Origin: Parasphingorhabdus sp.
GTDB lineage: Bacteria; Pseudomonadota; Alphaproteobacteria; Sphingomonadales; Sphingomonadaceae
NCBI RefSeq assembly: GCF_965233695.1
Contig: NZ_OZ247497.1
Span: forward strand, 2,495,277-2,559,276
DNA length: 64,000 nucleotides
Direction: 5' to 3'
Shown here: piece after piece, positions 1 through 10,022 of the stretch
Layout: every line of letters begins with the position of its first letter
How positions within the stretch are numbered: the stretch's first letter is position 1
Notes under the pieces: model-generated
Database searches by the model: none
Seen by the model: the letters and a program-made list of their open reading frames with translations, nothing else
What the model was told of the DNA's origin: nothing
Translations under genes and position numbers: made by a program

Positions 1-1051
<1,051 letters not shown>

Positions 1052-1122
1052 CTATCTGTTAGGTTCAGGGCACTTTGCAGGGTTTGACATAGTAGGTAAC
1101 TTCCAGTGTTGGCATTGACAAA

Positions 1123-1752
1123 TTGCGACTCCCCTCTCTTTATCGCGACGCAAATTTGGATTCGATAGGGCTTGTTTTGGCATCGGAAAAACACAACAAT
1201 TCTGGAAAATCGGGCGATGCTGGCGACGGCAATAGTCCTGATGAAGCCATGCCCGACAACGATCTTGCAGAGCTGTTTGCCCAGTTCAAACTGCCACTGG
1301 AGAAATATTTCCGCAAAAGAGTTTATAACCAGAACGAAGTCGAAGATCTTGTTCAGGATGTATTCTTTCGGCTGACATCGCGCGCCGACAATGCTGATCT
1401 GGAACGGCCAGAGGCGTTTATTTTCCAGATCGCGGCGAATTTGTTACGCGACAAGGCTCGGCGCGAAGCCACCAAACGCGCTTTTACGAAACAATTATCT
1501 GACCAAAATGAAAATGCTTTTGAGGAAATTTCTCCCGAGCGCGTCTTGCTAGGTAAAGAGAAAGTAGTGGCGCTGAAAAACGCATTGAACGAATTGCCTG
1601 AACGCACACGGACCGTATTCCTGCTGCACAGGTTTGAGGAGTTTAAATATCGTGAGATTGCGCAACAATTGGGTATATCGATGAGTTCAGTTGAAAAGCA
1701 TATGATGGATGCCATCAAACATCTTACGAAGCGGTTGGGGTCGTCCGAATGA
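1123..1752 (+). CDS. ECF RNA polymerase sigma factor, FecI-like (true start may be 1249)
   Basis: Region 2 (EVEDLVQDVFFRL, AFIFQIAANLLRD) and region 4 (LPERTRTVFLLHRFEEFKYREIAQQLGISMSSVEKHM); 4-bp overlap with the FecR gene. Confidence 0.92.
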   Translation: MRLPSLYRDANLDSIGLVLASEKHNNSGKSGDAGDGNSPDEAMPDNDLAELFAQFKLPLEKYFRKRVYNQNEVEDLVQDVFFRLTSRADNADLERPEAFIFQIAANLLRDKARREATKRAFTKQLSDQNENAFEEISPERVLLGKEKVVALKNALNELPERTRTVFLLHRFEEFKYREIAQQLGISMSSVEKHMMDAIKHLTKRLGSSE

Positions 1753-2816
1753 AAGATGCTGATCCCATGAGCCCCGCTGGCGGCAACAATGGCGTTGAGG
1801 AACAAGCGGCCTATTGGTTCGCGCGATTGCGTGCGGACAATGCCAGCAAGGGAGATCAGAGGCGCTTCAAGGGCTGGTTGGAAGAGTGTCCACAGCATGC
1901 CGAAGCATATGCTTTGCAGGAAGAAGTCTGGACGGCAATGCAGGACTGCGCGGTGGACGACGATATCATGGCGATGCGGCAAAATGCCTTGGCGCAAAAC
2001 CCGTCCGCTGCAAATAACAATGTCTGGCTAAAATATGGCGCGATTGCTGCTACACTTCTGGTCCTGGCCGTTTCTGTAGTGATGCTAAACCCATTCGCCA
2101 ATTGGGATGGTTCCGGGTCCACTGCTCCCGCAGATCAATTGGCTGAAGCAGGGGCTCAGGAATCTCCGATCTATCGAACGGGCGTTGGGCAGCGATCAAC
2201 GGTGAACCTGCCCGATGGATCCGTGGTTGAACTGAACACGGACAGTCTGATCCAAGTCAATTACAGCGAAGCAGGTCGAGACGTGATCTTGCTGCGCGGT
2301 GAAGCGCTTTTTGAGGTGGCAAAGGATGTCAACCGTCCCTTTGTGGTTGAGGCAGACGACAAGTTGATAACCGCTATTGGAACATCCTTTTCTGTCAGGC
2401 GGTCGGATGATGAAGTACGGGTCACACTAATAGAAGGCATTGTAACGGTCGACAAAGAAAGCGGTGACGATGCCAATGCCGTCAGCACAAAACAAATGCG
2501 GCCGGGAGAGCAGCTCGTCGCAGCTGGTGATTTGCCGTTCAAGGTCAATGTCATCAACACCGCTACGGTTACGAGTTGGAAAGACGGCAGGTTGATTTTC
2601 GACAATGAACCGCTGGGTATGATTGTTGATGAAGTGAACCGCTACTCCACACGCAAACTTGTGGTGGGTGATTCTGCATTGGCCGACATGCGGGTTAGCG
2701 GTATTTTTCAGGTCGGCTCAATAGACAGTTTCGCTGCTGCGTTAGAGGCTTCTTTCCCGGTAAAGAACAGCGCTCCTGCGGATGAAGGCGACATTGTTCT
2801 CGATTGGAAAGAGTGA
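1749..2816 (+). CDS. FecR-family anti-sigma factor / transmembrane sensor
   Basis: EQAAYWFARL N-terminal motif, single TM segment, YRTGVGQRSTVNLPDGSVVELNTDS FecR domain, C-terminal SWKDGRLIFDNEPL. Confidence 0.93.
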   Translation: MKDADPMSPAGGNNGVEEQAAYWFARLRADNASKGDQRRFKGWLEECPQHAEAYALQEEVWTAMQDCAVDDDIMAMRQNALAQNPSAANNNVWLKYGAIAATLLVLAVSVVMLNPFANWDGSGSTAPADQLAEAGAQESPIYRTGVGQRSTVNLPDGSVVELNTDSLIQVNYSEAGRDVILLRGEALFEVAKDVNRPFVVEADDKLITAIGTSFSVRRSDDEVRVTLIEGIVTVDKESGDDANAVSTKQMRPGEQLVAAGDLPFKVNVINTATVTSWKDGRLIFDNEPLGMIVDEVNRYSTRKLVVGDSALADMRVSGIFQVGSIDSFAAALEASFPVKNSAPADEGDIVLDWKE

Positions 2817-2900
2817 CATTTAGTCACTGAAAAATAAGACTTTTGTCTACCAACATCACTTAATATAATACGATTTTTTTCTCTCAATCCGAAAAGATTA

Positions 2901-2928
2901 TGAGGAAAGCAGATGCTCGCGCGTCTTA
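2901..2928 (+). promoter_or_regulatory. Putative ECF-sigma promoter, TGAGG-N16-CGTCTTA, upstream of the TonB receptor
   Basis: TGAGG at 2901-2905 and CGTCTTA at 2922-2928; same motif and spacing at 6699-6726; CGT is a typical ECF -10 core. Confidence 0.65.
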
Positions 2929-2993
2929 CTTTACATCGGGCCAGTTAGCGGATGACTGACGGCCTGCAGGGAAAGATAAGACAGGGGATCATA

Positions 2994-5900
2994 ATGCAAT
3001 CTCGTTCGTTTAAACTGCTGCAGGCAGCGATGCTTACCGGTGCGGCCAATATCGCAATTGTCGGGTCGGCGCAGGCGCAGGACCAAGCCATGTCCTTCAA
3101 CATGCCCAGCCAGCCTTTGTCCTCCGCTTTGAGGGATTATGCTCTCAAGACCGGGAAAAACCTGGTCTATCCACCCAGCATGGTCGCGAACAAAAGGGCC
3201 AACGCTGTGTCCGGTCGTCATACGCCAAAACAGGCTTTGCGTTTGTTATTGAGAGGAACGTCTATTTCCTTTCGCGAGCTTGAGGGCAATGTTCTAGCGC
3301 TCACCGTGATTGGCAATTCGCGGCTCCGCCAAAATGCGGCCAACCCGGCGACTGTTTCTCCGGCGGTCGTACAGAGCGCTTCGGCCACTAGCGCAATGCA
3401 AGCCGATCCCGGTATTGATGATGGCCCGACCGGAGTGGTTTCCGGTACCGTCGTGAACAGGAGCACCGGAGCGGCGTTAAAAGGGGCGCTGGTGCGTATC
3501 GATGGCACAAATCTCGAAACGGTCACTGATGACCGCGGGCAATATTATTTTCCCGCAGTTCCCCGCGGCCAGCGTGTTGTGCGCGTCGAATATCTGGGTG
3601 AACAGACGCAAACCGCAATCGTTTCGGTCACCGCTGGATCACGTGAGCAAGCGAATATAGAGCTCGGTGCCGCCAATCAGGATATTGTCGTCTTCGGCTA
3701 TCGCAGTTCTATCCAACAAGCGCTGAACAAACAGAAAAATGCGGATAACAATGCGACGATTGTGTCCTCGGATTTGCTTGGCGGATTTCCAGCGGAGACG
3801 GTTTCCGAAGCGCTACGGCGTGTGCCGGGCGTTGCTTTTGGGCGGGATGATGAAACCGGGGAAGGATCGCGTATCACAGTTCGCGGGTTCAGCTCGGAAG
3901 CGATTAACGTGCAACTTAACGGCCTGGAAGTGCAAGGCACAGGATTTGAACGCACCGTCGATCTGAGCGGATTCCTGACGGACAATATTTCTGAAATTAC
4001 CATCCACAAATCCTTGTTGCCCAGCCATGAAGGGACGGGTTCTGGTGGACTGGTCGAGATTGAGACCAAGTCGGGGCTCGATTACGGGGATTTCTCGCTC
4101 AATCTTTCTGTCGAGGGCGAAACCAATTTCGACCGCGCCTTTGGTGAGGAGTATCAGATCAATGGAACGGTCGCAAAGAAGTTGACCGACAATTTCGGGA
4201 TTGCGGCGTCGCTACAATATCGGAAAACGGATCGGTTGAATTATACGGCATCGGTGGTCGACGTTATTCCTTCGGTTTTTCCCGTCGGTGCGACTTCTCT
4301 TTTTAACACGCCGGCAAGTCTTGAATTTCCGTTTGATCCGGAACTCGATCAACAACGGCTTATTACGAGCGCGCAATATGCCCGTACCGATCGCGCGGAA
4401 GAGGCCATAGTGGGTTCGGTGAACCTCGCATGGGATGTCGCGGATCATACCCGCTTCCGTTTGGACTTTCAGCGCAATGAGTCGAATATAGTTAGCAGTA
4501 GATCTACCTCTACTATTGGATATTCGTCTTTTTCTACCGATATGCCCATTCCGGAGCTGGACAATGAAGTGCGTCGGCGCGTGACGTTAAGGTCGTTGAA
4601 TCCGCGCCTCATACTTACATCGACGGATGAACAGCGCACGAGCGATAGTATCAGTTTTCGGGGCGACACGGATGTCGGGCGTTGGGAATTTGAATATAAG
4701 GCCGGTTATGGACGGTCCGAGTTCAAGGGGGATAATAGTTTCGTTAATTTCAACGCTGTGGCAACAAATCTGACGGATCTTATTGATCCCGAAACTATTG
4801 TGATCAATCCTGATGATGACGCCGCTGCAACTCCGCGGGTAGTCAATGGCGGGTTCGTTACGGCTGGTAACGGATTAATCATCCCATCGCTAACGCAGGC
4901 CGGAATTGATTTTGTAAACGATCCTTCTAATTACAATTTTTTCAACGCTGTCATTAACCCGATCGAGAATGTGACTGAAACTTATACTGGGGAGTTTCAG
5001 GCGCGATATAACACGCCTCTGGATTTTCTTGAATATATGGAACTGGGCGGCAAATACCAACGCAACACTCGTACTACCAATGACAATCCGTCCAATCCTC
5101 GGACGATCGCAAGTCAGCGATACACAAGGATTGCGAGCCTTCCCACACCTGTAACATTGTTCAATAACGGCACATTTGACCAGGACGGTCTTGCGAAATT
5201 AGGTGTATCAGAATTTTCCATTCCGTTTCTAAGTCCCTCAAATACAAGCAATATTGTTGATCAACTGCCAGATTTCATAACCGATGACCCTGCTACAGAT
5301 TTCAATGAGGCAAGGTTCACTTTCTTGGACTTCGCGGCGCTGGATCCGCTTGTAACGGGCGCTGCCCTAATACCTACCAAAACCATTGAAGAAAGATTTT
5401 CCGGCTATCTGGAATCAAAGCTTACCGTTGGTGATTTCGATCTTATTGCTGGCGTTCGCTATGAGAGGGAGAAGCGGTCCGGCGTAACCATTACTTCGCA
5501 GAGTTTCGTTTTGAACGAGCCAGGCAGGCGCAGCGAGCCCCGTGAAACATTTGTGGAAGCAGGCCTGGTCAGTTTCGACAGCACTTCTGGTTCGGTGGAT
5601 ACATGGACGCCCAGCTTTCTGCTGACCTATCGCCCGATTGAAAATTTCACCGCACGCCTCGGATATTTCCGTTCCACTATCAATCCGGATTTCCGGTTGC
5701 TAAACCGATCCACCACTTTCAGCGTTGACCTTCGCCCCCAATTTGCGCGTGTGACGATATTGGAAGCCAATCCCAGTCTGAAGCCGTCGACGACCGACAA
5801 TTTCGACCTGGATATTGCTTATTATTTCGATGACTCCCCCGGCCTGGTTCGCGCAGGCTTCTTCTATAAAAAGATCAGCAACAATTTTACTAATGTGTCC

Positions 5901-6578
5901 TTCACGGCGGTCGATAACACAGATGTGCGTCAGAGATTTTTGGATCGGTACCAGCCGCTCGCCGCGACCCGGCCTGATCTCCTTGACCTTGACCCCGGCA
6001 CGGTATTCCTCGTCAATCGGCCTGAAAACGGTGAAGGTGGCACGATTTGGGGCATCGAGGGCGAGCTTATCCGGCGGCTGAACTTCTTACCCGGTTTTCT
6101 AAGTGACTTCGGGGTTCTCGCCAACGTGACCTATACTAACGGCGATTTTCCGACATTGGTTTCGGCCCGTGACGATGATGGCAATACCATTCAACTCAGC
6201 CTTGATCGCCCGTTACGTGATCAGGCGCGGTGGGTGTACAACCTGTCGCTCGATTATGAGCGGGATGGCTTCCAGGGGCGCGTCATCTACACCAGCCAGT
6301 CCGCGACAGTAGAAACTTTCGACGAATTTAACATCAATACGGTTATTCCGGGTTATGACACGCTCGACGCGCGTTTTTCCTATAGCTTTGAAAAAGCGGG
6401 GGGACTGTTCACTCTGTTTTTGGAAGGCGACGACTTACTGCGTGGTTCCAAAAAGCCGGACATACGACAAACGACCAGCTCGCAATTTGGTGATGGAAAT
6501 ACGTCGTTCAATTTCCCCGACACGTTTCAATTTAACGGCGGTCGCACCATCACGATGGGTATCCGTGCGAAATTTTAG
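2994..6578 (+). CDS. TonB-dependent transducer with N-terminal STN signalling domain and carboxypeptidase-regulatory-like domain
   Basis: RBS AGGGGA before ATG 2994; signal peptide; STN (FNMPSQPLSSAL...); GVVSGTVVN...GALVRIDGTNLETVTDDRGQY; plug (SEALRRVPGV, ITVRGF); terminal Phe (GIRAKF). Confidence 0.92.
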   Translation: MQSRSFKLLQAAMLTGAANIAIVGSAQAQDQAMSFNMPSQPLSSALRDYALKTGKNLVYPPSMVANKRANAVSGRHTPKQALRLLLRGTSISFRELEGNVLALTVIGNSRLRQNAANPATVSPAVVQSASATSAMQADPGIDDGPTGVVSGTVVNRSTGAALKGALVRIDGTNLETVTDDRGQYYFPAVPRGQRVVRVEYLGEQTQTAIVSVTAGSREQANIELGAANQDIVVFGYRSSIQQALNKQKNADNNATIVSSDLLGGFPAETVSEALRRVPGVAFGRDDETGEGSRITVRGFSSEAINVQLNGLEVQGTGFERTVDLSGFLTDNISEITIHKSLLPSHEGTGSGGLVEIETKSGLDYGDFSLNLSVEGETNFDRAFGEEYQINGTVAKKLTDNFGIAASLQYRKTDRLNYTASVVDVIPSVFPVGATSLFNTPASLEFPFDPELDQQRLITSAQYARTDRAEEAIVGSVNLAWDVADHTRFRLDFQRNESNIVSSRSTSTIGYSSFSTDMPIPELDNEVRRRVTLRSLNPRLILTSTDEQRTSDSISFRGDTDVGRWEFEYKAGYGRSEFKGDNSFVNFNAVATNLTDLIDPETIVINPDDDAAATPRVVNGGFVTAGNGLIIPSLTQAGIDFVNDPSNYNFFNAVINPIENVTETYTGEFQARYNTPLDFLEYMELGGKYQRNTRTTNDNPSNPRTIASQRYTRIASLPTPVTLFNNGTFDQDGLAKLGVSEFSIPFLSPSNTSNIVDQLPDFITDDPATDFNEARFTFLDFAALDPLVTGAALIPTKTIEERFSGYLESKLTVGDFDLIAGVRYEREKRSGVTITSQSFVLNEPGRRSEPRETFVEAGLVSFDSTSGSVDTWTPSFLLTYRPIENFTARLGYFRSTINPDFRLLNRSTTFSVDLRPQFARVTILEANPSLKPSTTDNFDLDIAYYFDDSPGLVRAGFFYKKISNNFTNVSFTAVDNTDVRQRFLDRYQPLAATRPDLLDLDPGTVFLVNRPENGEGGTIWGIEGELIRRLNFLPGFLSDFGVLANVTYTNGDFPTLVSARDDDGNTIQLSLDRPLRDQARWVYNLSLDYERDGFQGRVIYTSQSATVETFDEFNINTVIPGYDTLDARFSYSFEKAGGLFTLFLEGDDLLRGSKKPDIRQTTSSQFGDGNTSFNFPDTFQFNGGRTITMGIRAKF

Positions 6579-6602
6579 AACGAACCCGTTTCCCCCATCT
6601 GT

Positions 6603-6648
6603 TTCCTGAGGCCGTTCCCACCCCAACACCCCGCATCGGCCTCAGGAA
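6603..6648 (+). terminator. 12-bp stem-loop between receptor and protease genes; no U-tract
   Basis: TTCCTGAGGCCG (6603-6614) pairs with CGGCCTCAGGAA (6637-6648); 22-nt loop. Confidence 0.5.
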
Positions 6649-6698
6649 GCAGCACAAAGTCGTGGATTAGAACGGGGTGCAAATATCAAGTCATTTGT

Positions 6699-6726
6699 TG
6701 AGGGATTGGCGTTCCGGTGCGTCTTA
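6699..6726 (+). promoter_or_regulatory. Putative ECF-sigma promoter, TGAGG-N16-CGTCTTA, upstream of the M16 protease
   Basis: TGAGG at 6699-6703 and CGTCTTA at 6720-6726; matches the 2901-2928 copy. Confidence 0.65.
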
Positions 6727-6785
6727 TATAGTAATAGCCGTTAGCCAGTCCGAATGAACCCCCCTGATTCTCTGGAGACCTAGTA

Positions 6786-9686
6786 ATGCGACAGATATCC
6801 CGGTTGCGATTTCTCAATGCGCTGGTTGTCATATCCTGCTTATTCGTTGCAACTCCTGCATTGACACAGGCGAGCAATCAAAACGCCGGCTTCGCCCATG
6901 ACGGGAGTGACCTGAAACCAGATTCCCGGGTCATTTACGGGACACTCGACAATGGCCTGCGCTATGCGGTGATGAAGAACAGCACGCCCAGCGGGGTTGC
7001 AGCGTTGCGGATGCGGATAGCCACCGGTTCGCTGAACGAGACGGACGAGCAGCAGGGGATTGCTCATTTCCTTGAACATATGGCTTTTAACGGTTCCAAA
7101 AATGTTGCCGAAGGGGAAATGATCAAGCGGCTCGAGCGCTATGGTCTGTCCTTTGGCGCGGACACCAATGCCAGTACCGGTTTCAGCCAAACGACGTACA
7201 AGCTAAACCTGCCCACTGTCGGCGAAGAAATACTGAACGAAGCCTTTTTCCTCATGCGGGAAACAGCGCAAAACCTGACGCTTGATAAAGATGCCATCGA
7301 GCGCGAACGCGGCGTTATTGCTTCGGAAAAACGCAGCCGGGATTCGGTCAACTTTCAGGCATTGATTGCCAATATGGGTTTCCTGACCGAAGGCAGCGGA
7401 CTGGTTGATCGCTTGCCCATTGGCAAAGACGAAACCATCGCGACAATGCCGCGCTCAGAATTTGTCAAATATTATCGTGGTTATTACCATCCGGAAAACA
7501 CCTTCATCGCCTTTATCGGGGATGTGGACACCAATCTGGCAATCAAAAAGATCGAAACCTATTTTGGTAACTGGCAACCACCTTCGGCCCCTGCGCCCGC
7601 GGCGCAAATCCCGCCGGTAAATATCGTTCCTGGAAAAGTCGGCTATCATCAGAACGACGAGATATTGACCTTTGTTTCGCTTGGTATCAAGCATCCCTAT
7701 GAAAAGCGTCCGGATAATCTGGCGCGACGCAAAGAGGGCTTTCTGCGTGCGCTGGGGGCACAGATTGTCAATCGCCGCCTGGATCGCAAAGTCGATTCAG
7801 GTGACGCCCCCTATCTTGATGCGTCAATCTCCCGCTATGCACCGGAGGATACGGTGGACGCATGGGTCATCCGCATGCGCAGCAATCCGGAAAACTGGCG
7901 CGCAGCGCTGGCTGGGGGAGACCAGGAAATACGCCGCGCCTTTACCTATGGTTTTTCCCAATCGGAACTGGATGAAGCACTGGCGCGGTGGCGAAAAAGA
8001 CTGGAGGTGGCAGTTGACCGAAAAGCTACGCGCAAGACCTATGCGGGATTGGAGTATAACTATGCCAAGGAACTGGTCGATAGCTTCGCCAATGAGCGTG
8101 TTTTCACTGCGCCGGAAGATGATCTCGATCGGTTCGAAAAATTTGCTGCAGAGATATCATTGGCCGATGTCGAGAGGGTCTTTCGTGAACGCTGGACGGG
8201 AATTGAAAAACCATTTGTCTATCTTGCGACTAGCGCAAAGCTGGACAATCCCGAAGCGGAGATACGATCTGCTCTAGACGCATCACGTAAGATTGCGGTT
8301 TCACCTTTGGAGAGCGATCAGGCGAAAAAATTTGCCTACACCAATTTTGGCCAAAAGGGACTCGTGGTGAAGGAAGCTTATTTGCCTGATGCGGATGCTT
8401 ACTCGATACTATTTGCCAATAATGTGCGGCTTAATTTCAAACAGACCGATTTTGATGCCGATACCATTGGCATTCGAGTAAGAATTGGCAGTGGATTTCT
8501 CTCCATGCCACAAAAGGATGAAAGCTTGCGACGCCTGGCTGAAAACCTTTTAAATGGTAGCGGCGTTCAAGAGCATAGCGCAGATGAGCTGCATACGCTT
8601 TTTGCCGGTAAACGTGTCGGGACAAGAGTGCGTCTGCGTCCGGATAACGATGCGCTAGAAATTATCGGTGGAACCAACCGGGAGAACCTGTCCGATCAAC
8701 TCAATCTGATGACTGCCCATGTGACGGCTCCAGCCTATCGGGAGCAAACTGTTAGGCGCTATCATGACAAGATGAAAGCATGGTATCCGACACATGATGC
8801 GACGCCGCTGACCGTAGCAGAGAAGGAATTACCGCGCATGATAAGGTCCGGTGATCGTCGTTATGGATACGACGATTTGGAGAGCTTTCTAGCGCCTACG
8901 ATCGAGGATGTGCGCGACTGGATGGGGCCGCAACTCGAAAATGGTTTGATCGAAATCACAATCGTTGGCGATGTCGACCGAGCAACAACAATTGCTGAAG
9001 TTGCCCGGACCTTTGGTGCATTGAGCAAAAGAGCAGACAGCAAGGAAAAATATACCGATATGCGCAAGCTGGATTTCCCGGCGCCGCCAGCCGATCCGTT
9101 TGTTTATTATCATCAGGGCAATGCAGACCAGGCCGTCGTCCGGGTTTACTGGCCAGCACCCGATGCGTCGGATCCCGCCAGTATTTTTAAAATGCAAGTG
9201 TTGCGAAGCATTTTTCGTAACCAGCTGACAACGGTCCTCAGGGAGGAAATGGGGGCGACCTACTCGCCAGGCGCAGGTCTATTCGTCAACGATCTGTTCG
9301 AGGGCTATGGCTATATTTTTGCCAGCGTGATCGCAGCGCCGGATCAAGTCGATGCCGTGCGTCAGGCCATATTGGAGGTAGGACAGGATCTTGCGGGTGG
9401 AACCATTGATCAGGATATTTTCGGGCGCGCGTTGAAACCTATTGTCGATGATATTGACAGCACGCTGCAAAACAACAGCTATTGGCTTTCCGTGTTGGGC
9501 GATGCGCAGACCGAGGGGCACGGGATTGTCAGGCACCGACAGCGCGAGTCGGTTCTCAAGATGATGGCAGTTGAAGATATAAACGCCTTGGCAGCCGAGG
9601 TTTTTGTCGGGAAAAATGCTGTCGCTGCTTATGTTTTGCCGATCACGCAGCAAGAGGACATGATGGAAATGGTACAGCGACCATAA
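6786..9686 (+). CDS. Periplasmic M16 (insulinase/PqqL-like) zinc metalloprotease
   Basis: Signal peptide; inverted zincin motif IAHFLEHMAFNGS; GTLDNGLRY, ADTNAST, IERERGVI; about 966 aa two-half architecture. Confidence 0.92.
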   Translation: MRQISRLRFLNALVVISCLFVATPALTQASNQNAGFAHDGSDLKPDSRVIYGTLDNGLRYAVMKNSTPSGVAALRMRIATGSLNETDEQQGIAHFLEHMAFNGSKNVAEGEMIKRLERYGLSFGADTNASTGFSQTTYKLNLPTVGEEILNEAFFLMRETAQNLTLDKDAIERERGVIASEKRSRDSVNFQALIANMGFLTEGSGLVDRLPIGKDETIATMPRSEFVKYYRGYYHPENTFIAFIGDVDTNLAIKKIETYFGNWQPPSAPAPAAQIPPVNIVPGKVGYHQNDEILTFVSLGIKHPYEKRPDNLARRKEGFLRALGAQIVNRRLDRKVDSGDAPYLDASISRYAPEDTVDAWVIRMRSNPENWRAALAGGDQEIRRAFTYGFSQSELDEALARWRKRLEVAVDRKATRKTYAGLEYNYAKELVDSFANERVFTAPEDDLDRFEKFAAEISLADVERVFRERWTGIEKPFVYLATSAKLDNPEAEIRSALDASRKIAVSPLESDQAKKFAYTNFGQKGLVVKEAYLPDADAYSILFANNVRLNFKQTDFDADTIGIRVRIGSGFLSMPQKDESLRRLAENLLNGSGVQEHSADELHTLFAGKRVGTRVRLRPDNDALEIIGGTNRENLSDQLNLMTAHVTAPAYREQTVRRYHDKMKAWYPTHDATPLTVAEKELPRMIRSGDRRYGYDDLESFLAPTIEDVRDWMGPQLENGLIEITIVGDVDRATTIAEVARTFGALSKRADSKEKYTDMRKLDFPAPPADPFVYYHQGNADQAVVRVYWPAPDASDPASIFKMQVLRSIFRNQLTTVLREEMGATYSPGAGLFVNDLFEGYGYIFASVIAAPDQVDAVRQAILEVGQDLAGGTIDQDIFGRALKPIVDDIDSTLQNNSYWLSVLGDAQTEGHGIVRHRQRESVLKMMAVEDINALAAEVFVGKNAVAAYVLPITQQEDMMEMVQRP

Positions 9687-9948
9687 TTCTTCACTAATTG
9701 TTTCTGTGTCATTGCAGGGAATGTTGTGCGCAAAGCTTCCCGCTATTGCGACCAGCAAGCAGGCAGCACGAATCTGGCAAAGAACCTTTCCGTAGCGTAC
9801 GGAAAAACTCCTTGCCCAAAATTTCCAAGGCAGCTGCCATCGCAGCTTTGTTTCATCGGGCCTAAAACCTTGAGGCCAGGTTTTTCCTTGGAATATCCTG
9901 AAATTTCAATGTCGATCACCAGGAAGTGACGCCCTGTTCTATTTCCGT

Positions 9949-10002
9949 TTGACAGCCTTTCAGCCTTAACATTATAAGATAATGCGAATCATAATCATTA
10001 TC
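9949..10002 (+). promoter_or_regulatory. Sigma70-type promoter overlapped by two staggered Fur boxes
   Basis: TTGACA at 9949-9954 and TATAAG at 9973-9978. GATAATGCGAATCATAATCATTATC (9978-10002) holds two 19-mers offset by 6 bp, each matching 16/19 to GATAATGATAATCATTATC. Confidence 0.85.
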
Positions 10003-10022
10003 AATAATACCCAGGTGAACTT

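Noticed and set aside
9700-9940. Cobalamin riboswitch ahead of the TonB receptor
   Set aside because: An AGGGAA is present but the B12-box elements are not recognisable; Fur boxes explain the regulation better.
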